Assembly (NCBI GenBank): GCA_951406725.2
Contig: OX597815.1
Span: 206,584,001-206,648,000, forward strand
Reading direction: 5' to 3'
Origin: Octopus vulgaris
Taxonomy: Eukaryota
Length of the DNA: 64,000 nt
Within the stretch, counting starts at the first letter, position 1. The number at the start of each line of letters is the position of its first letter. A program made the translations under genes and the position numbers. Below the pieces are notes generated by a model. The model was given only the letters and a program-made list of their open reading frames with translations. It was not told where the DNA came from and did not search any database. Positions 56,736 to 64,000 of the stretch are shown here, piece by piece.

Positions 56736-56913
56736 CTGACTGCATACCAAACGTCCCACTATATCTGCAGAGCTTTCTACGGTTAAAATTGTAACTGCTA
56801 AAATTTTGCTATAGTTTCTGGTCTCCATAACAGCCGGCAGGATATAAATCATAGTCGATATACAACCGCTCATAAAGAAGAGTGAAATGGTGTAGAATAC
56901 GAAAGTTTTGTCT
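56736..56913 (-). CDS. SLC16-like transporter exon (about TM7-TM8)
   Basis: Acceptor tatttag|A and donor CAG|gtaag. Joins in frame as HLSIFR/DKTFVFYTISLFFMSGCISTMIYILPAVMETRNYSKILAVTILTVESSADIVGRLVCSQ; DIVGR matches the MCT TM8 D...R signature. Length 178 nt, phase 2 to phase 0. Confidence 0.9.
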
Positions 56914-57692
56914 CTAAATATAAAATAGAGAAAAAAAGAAAAGAAAATCATTCTGCGATGTAAGTGAAAAATGAATGACATGTAAAAGGTTATGATACAT
57001 TGGTATATCACATGTAGCAATGTATTATTGTCCACGATACATTTGATTGTGGCTACTTTAATCTATGTTACAGTGTTACAATAAAAGCAACGAATTTTTA
57101 CCTTAAAAGAAATATAAAATTATTAGAAATGATTTCGGAGCCAATCCTTATAAACTGACTTTAAGTGTAAACTTGTAAACGTGTATCACATACCTTTCTT
57201 TGAGTCCGTTCGAATATGCCAAACTGATTTCAAATTCATTCTATAGTTTAGTATAGGCACTAAGTTTAATAATTTAATTATCTAAATTTTGACGCTTGGT
57301 GCAGATCAGGGGTGACCTCCGTATGGGAGGAAACCGCAATAAACTTTCGATTCCTAAGAAGCAAATATTTCACACCGATTCAATGTGCAACGCCCCGGAA
57401 GAGGGCACGGTATTCAATTTAAAGGAAGCAATACACAGCTGAGAAAAACAATTTCGTTCAGATAAAGAAATAAAATAAAATAAAATAAAATAAAAGCGAA
57501 AAGCAAGCGAAAAGCAAGCAAAAGACAAATCAAACAGTTTTTTTGCTAGTAACTATCTGAGATAATGTGCTGCATATACGTGATATATAGGCAAACTGAA
57601 GCACTTAGGTTTAAGTGTTCTGCCCTGAAGCGCAAATAATGTTGGTATGAACTCATGAAAAGGTTGTTGGTTATAAGCTATTTTTAGCTTTG

Positions 57693-57726
<34 letters not shown>

Positions 57727-57943
57727 ATATATACATATACATATATATATATGTATGAATGTGTGTATAAGTACATAGGCTTATTCGTTGAGAAAATTAT
57801 GGAGACTGGAACGGTCTCAACACGTAACAACAAAATTTTATTTGCATAGGCGCTAGATTTGACCGCGCCTTTATCTGTAATTGCTGACGAGGCCAACTGG
57901 CAGCTCATATCCGGAGTAAGAAAGCACGCATATATAAATATAA

Positions 57944-58131
<188 letters not shown>

Positions 58132-58560
58132 TATACACATATATATACACTTATATATACACATATATATATATATAAATAAATAAATATAAATACATAT
58201 ATATATGTGTGTGTGTTATATATAAACCTATTTCGAACACGAACCATATGTCCATAAAGTTGAGCAAAAAACAAAAAGCAGAAAAAGAAAAAAAAAGTAT
58301 TCTGACAATGTGTCGTATAACGAACTGTCAAAATGTAACAGATCAAGAGAGAAAGAAAATAAATACTGTTTTATTATATACAAAGGAATAAACAAACGAA
58401 AAGCTTGTGCTGCAGATTTGTCCCAAGCACCTCATCTCATCCTATAATCCCTGATAATAATGAACTGAGATTATTCAAGATACCACACGCAGGCACGCGG
58501 TGCTATATATTTTTCTCACTCCTTTTATTTCTTCTCCTCCTCTTCTGCTTCTCTCTGTTA

Positions 58561-58785
<225 letters not shown>

Positions 58786-59950
58786 GTGAGGCACGCTTTC
58801 CCGCAGCTCGTCTCCATGACCGAACTGCAGTCGTGGATCAAAAAAAGGCCGAAGAAGGGCGAATGGCACCGCGAGTGTCGCGTTGCTCTCAAGCAACTCT
58901 GCCGTCCTGGGTCGACCTTGAGTGACTTCAACACAACCAAAGCATTCTATAGGGGTTTAGTGGAGGGGAGGTACGACGACGAGCTCGGGGCGAACCTGGA
59001 CGTCGACGAGGAGTACCTGACCCGCCTGTTCAGGACGACTTTCGGGCCAGGGCCCATGGACAACTTCCAGAGATCCCTGGCCTGGCAGTGCTACCGAGAA
59101 GCGCTACCCGTTCGGGATAAGCTCTACAGACACGGCTCGAGAAACACGGGGCCGACCTGCCCGAGATGCGGTCAGAGCGACGAAACCGTTCTGCACGCAC
59201 TCGTGCAGTGTCCAACAATTTCCGACCTGTGGGCTTATGTCGAACAACTGCTGTCACGTGTGGGACGAGTCGGTTTATCAGCTGAGTCTATCGTCAATAT
59301 TGTCACGCCTCCCTCCTTCAAACGGGAAGGAAGAGCTATTTTCATCATCCTTGTGGCTATGGCGAAAGAATGTATCTGGTGGACGCGTCTGAAAGGATTG
59401 GAGACAAACACTTTCCTCTCTGGTCAATCTCTCATCAACTTCTTCAAGTACCACTTGAAAAGGAAAGTGAGAGTAGAAAGGCAAGTTTTGTCTAGCGAAT
59501 GTTTTAAAAAAAGATGGGTGAATGTAGCAAGAATGGCACGTATGAATGACGAAGCCACCTTGAGCATGATCCTATGAACCCAGAAATTGAAAACAGAGAG
59601 TTGCTTATTCGCAAAAAAAAAGAAAAAAAGAAATATAACATGTGACTTCATTGACCGAGGTTACCGTGGTCTTTTCCGTAGGCTTTTCTTTCCACGGGTA
59701 AACCTCACCTGTCCTCCCCTTTACACTTCATATTGACATTTCTGTGATAACGACCCCTATTGATCAATTTTTTTTCCTCTCCCCCTTTTTTTTTAACCCC
59801 CCGTTTTTTTGTCCTCTTTCTCTCCTTTTACGATCCCTTTTGATCGAAACTCCCCCTTCCATTTTTTTTTTTTTTTAAACCTTCAAAAGAAAAGCTCTAC
59901 CTTGTAATTTGTTCTATCTGTATGCAGCCCTGTGTGGCTAATAAAGAAAC
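58786..59950 (+). mobile_element. L1/Tx1-like LINE 3' fragment (zf-RVT/CCHC region and 3' UTR) inserted in (TATC)n
   Basis: Open frame to TGA at 59577: FQRSLAWQCYREALPVRDKLYRHG...CPRCGQSDETVLHALVQCP...LW...IWWTR. GC-rich relative to flanks. The 3' UTR ends AATAAAGAAAC, with (TATC)n on both sides. Confidence 0.85.
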
Positions 59951-59951
59951 A

Positions 59952-60026
<75 letters not shown>

Positions 60027-60058
60027 GTATCTATCTATCTATCTATCTATCTATTATG

Positions 60059-60181
<123 letters not shown>

Positions 60182-61335
60182 ACACACACACATACATATA
60201 TATAGTAATTTTACATATTATTGTGTTATTTATTTATATATTTCTGTATGTGTGAATATGTATCTCGCTCTGAATAAATATCTCCGTCATGTTTGCGTGA
60301 ATATAAATAAAAATGCCAAACCAATTAATGTCTTCTCTGCAAACGTAATTAATACAGTTCTGATTTTTGCAATTAAAACTATAGTTATGTCATAGGCATC
60401 GTCAGTTATTAGAAGACTTTAACCCATGCCAGTTCCAGGGGTGTGTTTGTACAAGTTCTCTGTACGGTTTTAGGCAGCGATCTATTCAGTCCTGCGCTAT
60501 CACGCCGAACTTCACACATTTTAGTAGTAATTCAGTTATGAAGATAGATAAAGACTCACAGTTGGTATAGTATCTGCTTTCTATCTGCAAAATCAACTTT
60601 TCTTTTATAGTTTAATCAAAATCACTCATAACCTTTTATAGACTTTTAAATAGGTGGGGAAAATGAGGAGGAAACAACAATTAATCGTTTGCAGCAATGG
60701 AATATCAGACTGTGCATATGACATGAATATGCAAACAAACTGGATCCCGACTCAAGGTACCGAAAGACTAGGTGGTCGTGATAAGCTTGGTGACGGATTA
60801 AGTTCCTATAACACAAATAATGATAGCAATCCATTATAAGTAGTTGATAATATGAATAAAGATTTTGGACACTTCCCCTACCTTACAATATATGTCTCTA
60901 CCAAGTCAAAAAGAGTAATTTAATGAGGCTTACTTTATTTGTGAGAGATACAGGGTATGAAAACGATTCACTCATCACCAAGCTTTTCATCTACTATGCT
61001 TTTGTATATAAGCAAGTAGTTTCAGTTTCTAGTTGTAAGTGTTATATAACAAGTGTTTCTTTTCTAAGGCAACATTAAAACATTACAAAAATGTTGAATG
61101 ATAGGTCAGTTGACATTTGTTTCTCATATATCGAGAGTTTGAATTTTTGTAATAGACCAGCAAATTTCATTCTACATTAGAGGTGGGATGGAAGACTTTA
61201 ATTTATTTGTTTAGTTTAATAGCTAGTGCTTTTACCGATAACGGTAATGAAAATTACGCTTATATATTCCTGTGAAATGGCAAGAATTGTAGCTGGTATA
61301 CGTGTTTCAAAATCTTTATTTATATTATCAACTAC

Positions 61336-61737
61336 TAGGTGCAGGAGTGGCTGTGTGGTAAGTAGCTTGCGAACCAACCACATGGTTCCGGGTTCGGTCC
61401 CACTGCGTGGCATCTTGGGCAAGTGTCTTCTGCTATAGCCCCGGGCCAACCAATGTCTTGTGAGTGGATTTGGTAGACGGAAACTGAAAGAAGCCTGTCG
61501 TATATATGTATGTGTGTGTATGTATTTGTGTGTCTGTGTTTGTCCCCCTAGCATTGCTTGACAACCGATGCTGGCGTGTTTACGTCCCCGTCACTTAGCG
61601 GTTCGGCAAAAGAGACCGATAGAATAAGTACTGGGCTTACAAAGAATAAGTCCCGGGGTCGATTTGCTCGACTAAAGGCGGTGCTCTAGCATGGCCGCAG
61701 TCAAATGACTGAAACAAGTATAAGAGTATAAGAGTAC
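61336..61737 (+). mobile_element. SINE family B (intronic)
   Basis: Full copy. Confidence 0.88.
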
Positions 61738-63132
61738 TTACAATGGATTGCTATCATTATTTGTGTTATAGAAACTTAATCCGTCATCGAGCTTCTCATG
61801 ACCACCTAGTCCTTGGTTGCTTTGAGTCGGGATCCAGTTTCAAGTACAGTAATAAAATGTGGATTTCTCAGTCTAAGGGAAAACTACGTTGTTTGAAATA
61901 ATATGGAAAGAATTGCCATAAGAAACCGCCGACATATAATCTTGTGCTATAAGTACAACACTGAATTAGGACAGTCAATTGGATTGACAAAAGTATCAAT
62001 GTACACATGGTGTTCTATTAATTACATGTGAATAATCCTGGATATTGTTTAGCTTATAACTATGAGATTAATATTTTGTGTAAGTAGATATTTGTTGCGA
62101 CCACATTTCTTTATAAAGCACAACAATGTAAACAGCGTTTTTAAGCCATTGACTGACGCGCTGAGTGTCATATAACACAAATAAAATAGATCTGGCGAAC
62201 TAAGCTTATCTTAATCTTATTTCTCTTCTTATTTTCTTGCACACTCTAATTTAGAATATCGAACTGGTCATTGTATAACTGATATCAAATAATTCTTTTA
62301 ACTGAACTGCACCTTTGACGAATTTCTTGTATCTTATCTGGAATCAAGTACAGTGTGTCAGAATCCATGTGTAAACTTTATGAAAGTTCCTAACAGTTCA
62401 ATAATAAAGGATTTTCTTCCCCTTTTCTTCCTCTACATTTCCTTTGTTTTTTTTTCTATCTGAGTTCAAATTCTTGTATCATCCCTTTAGTGATCCTGGG
62501 TGAAATACAAGTCTTCCCGTGGCAGCAAAGAAAACCCACCACCACCAAAACCCCCATCCAAAACAAAGGACAACAACAAAAAAGACCAATAAATTTTAAC
62601 AATTTTTTGTGCCCGTAGAGGAATGATATTCCATAGATGTTTAAGCTCTCATAAACTGGAAGATAGCCAGAACTATGTAAGCTTATTTGTGCTTAATCTC
62701 TCTGAGATTGACCATGAAATAAACTCCAGCAGGATGGGTTGTATTTCTAGACAGAGTATTTAAAGGCCTGGCAAGAACATCGAAAAGGGTTAAATGACTG
62801 CAGCTCAAATTTATAAATTTTAAAAGAGCAGAGGCAATTGTAATAATGAATACTCAGGATACTTGAAAGGGCTGAATAATTTTGATGATACTTTTCGTTT
62901 TCTTAGCTCAGTGTTTCCTATTTTGATGTTATGTTTTCAAACTTTTATTCGATTATTTTCTATTCCCATTCTCTGCTCCCATCAATGTTTGACCTCACCA
63001 TATACAAACATCCAAATTTCGATATTGTTTTAGACTATTAATAATTTAATCTAAATTGTAATAGTTACCAAAGGATGTTTAATCTGAGTAACAGCAGAAA
63101 AGTAACGAAACAATACTTGAAAGTAGACTTAC

Positions 63133-63442
63133 CTGAATATTGATAAGTGAAACCAAACTTTTTTTTCTGCTGATAATTTGTATGAGGTCTTATTATTCAT
63201 ATTAGCATCTAAAGGCGTTATGAGAAACGTAAAGACACATGAGTTCAACAAAACAGCACTCATCAACCAAAATGCTCCGCGCCAGCCATATGTATCCACG
63301 CTTAGAGTAATTAAAATAGGGAATGTCATTATTCCAACAGGAAATCCTATTGTGGAAATTGTGAGAGCCATTTTTAAGTTTGCGGGAAAAATTTGACTCA
63401 CGGCTACCAACGCAGAAACGTAGTTTAAGCTGCTGCCAAAAC
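63133..63442 (-). CDS. SLC16/monocarboxylate-transporter-like MFS gene, internal exon (about TM4-TM6); upstream exons lie outside the window
   Basis: Acceptor ccaatag|GT at 63443/63442 and donor AG|gtaag at 63133/63132. Translation (G)FGSSLNYVSALVAVSQIFPANLKMALTISTIGFPVGIMTFPILITLSVDTYGWRGAFWLMSAVLLNSCVFTFLITP carries the MCT-type YGWRG motif. Length 310 nt, phase 1 to phase 2. Confidence 0.9.
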
Positions 63443-63519
63443 CTATTGGGTATCAAGAAAACGTGAGATTTCTTGTTATAATGACATTGAATTAACATAC
63501 GATAATATAGAAAAATTAT

Positions 63520-63554
<35 letters not shown>

Positions 63555-64000
63555 AAGAAAACTTTTGATCAAAAAACAAATTGACCGACATCAGTTAATT
63601 ATTTTTTAATGCAAAACATAACTTTTCGTACGGCCGTTTCGGCTGCCAATGTCAGTCGGTGCTTACTTTCTTCTTTATTTACGTCTACGCCTGTAACGGT
63701 CTTAGCTTGCCCTTGGTTTAGATATAACTGACCAATTGTAGAGATGGTTGGGCTTTGGTCAATTCCATTGCGGAAAACAGGCGGCTGGTCTCTAAAATAT
63801 TTCAGTAAGTACGCCATTTACGGGTTTGTTTTTGGATAAATATTAAACTCTATTTACGAAATCATAAGCACTATTCTTTTTATAGACATATTGGCGATTC
63901 CTGTTTTACTTTCGCACTAGTTTTATTATACAACCTGGTACACATATAAAAAGAGGTAAACCACAAATTATTTCTCTAGTTCATTTGCTAGTTCACTCTT

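Overview
Repeat-saturated, AT-rich animal genomic DNA. The SINE families and microsatellite load suggest a coleoid cephalopod such as Octopus (inference). Almost all ORFs in the track are microsatellite artefacts. The one well-supported host gene is the 3' part of a minus-strand SLC16/monocarboxylate-transporter-like MFS gene, with four in-phase GT-AG exons between 63442 and about 50821. The rest is mobile DNA. It includes a 5'-truncated Penelope-like element (Naiad-like, RT C-terminus plus GIY-YIG) in (TA)n, a stack of R4/Dong-like restriction-like-endonuclease LINE fragments in (AAT)n, a Tx1-like LINE 3' end in (TATC)n, several tRNA-derived SINE families, Helitron-like non-autonomous elements, MITEs and a mariner relic. 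There are four main signals worth following up. (1) About ten minimal type I hammerhead-ribozyme motifs from several unrelated families, all in (TA)n-embedded Penelope-type repeats, including a perfect 64-bp palindrome of two hammerheads and family-wide core variants. (2) A SINE whose 3' tail matches the Tx1 LINE in this window, inserts at GGTA-starting sites and forms headless tandem multimers with an invariant junction. (3) A GNRA-capped multi-hairpin RNA candidate antisense to a hammerhead at about 398-531. (4) Tandem duplications at the 5' junctions of (AAT)n-targeted insertions.
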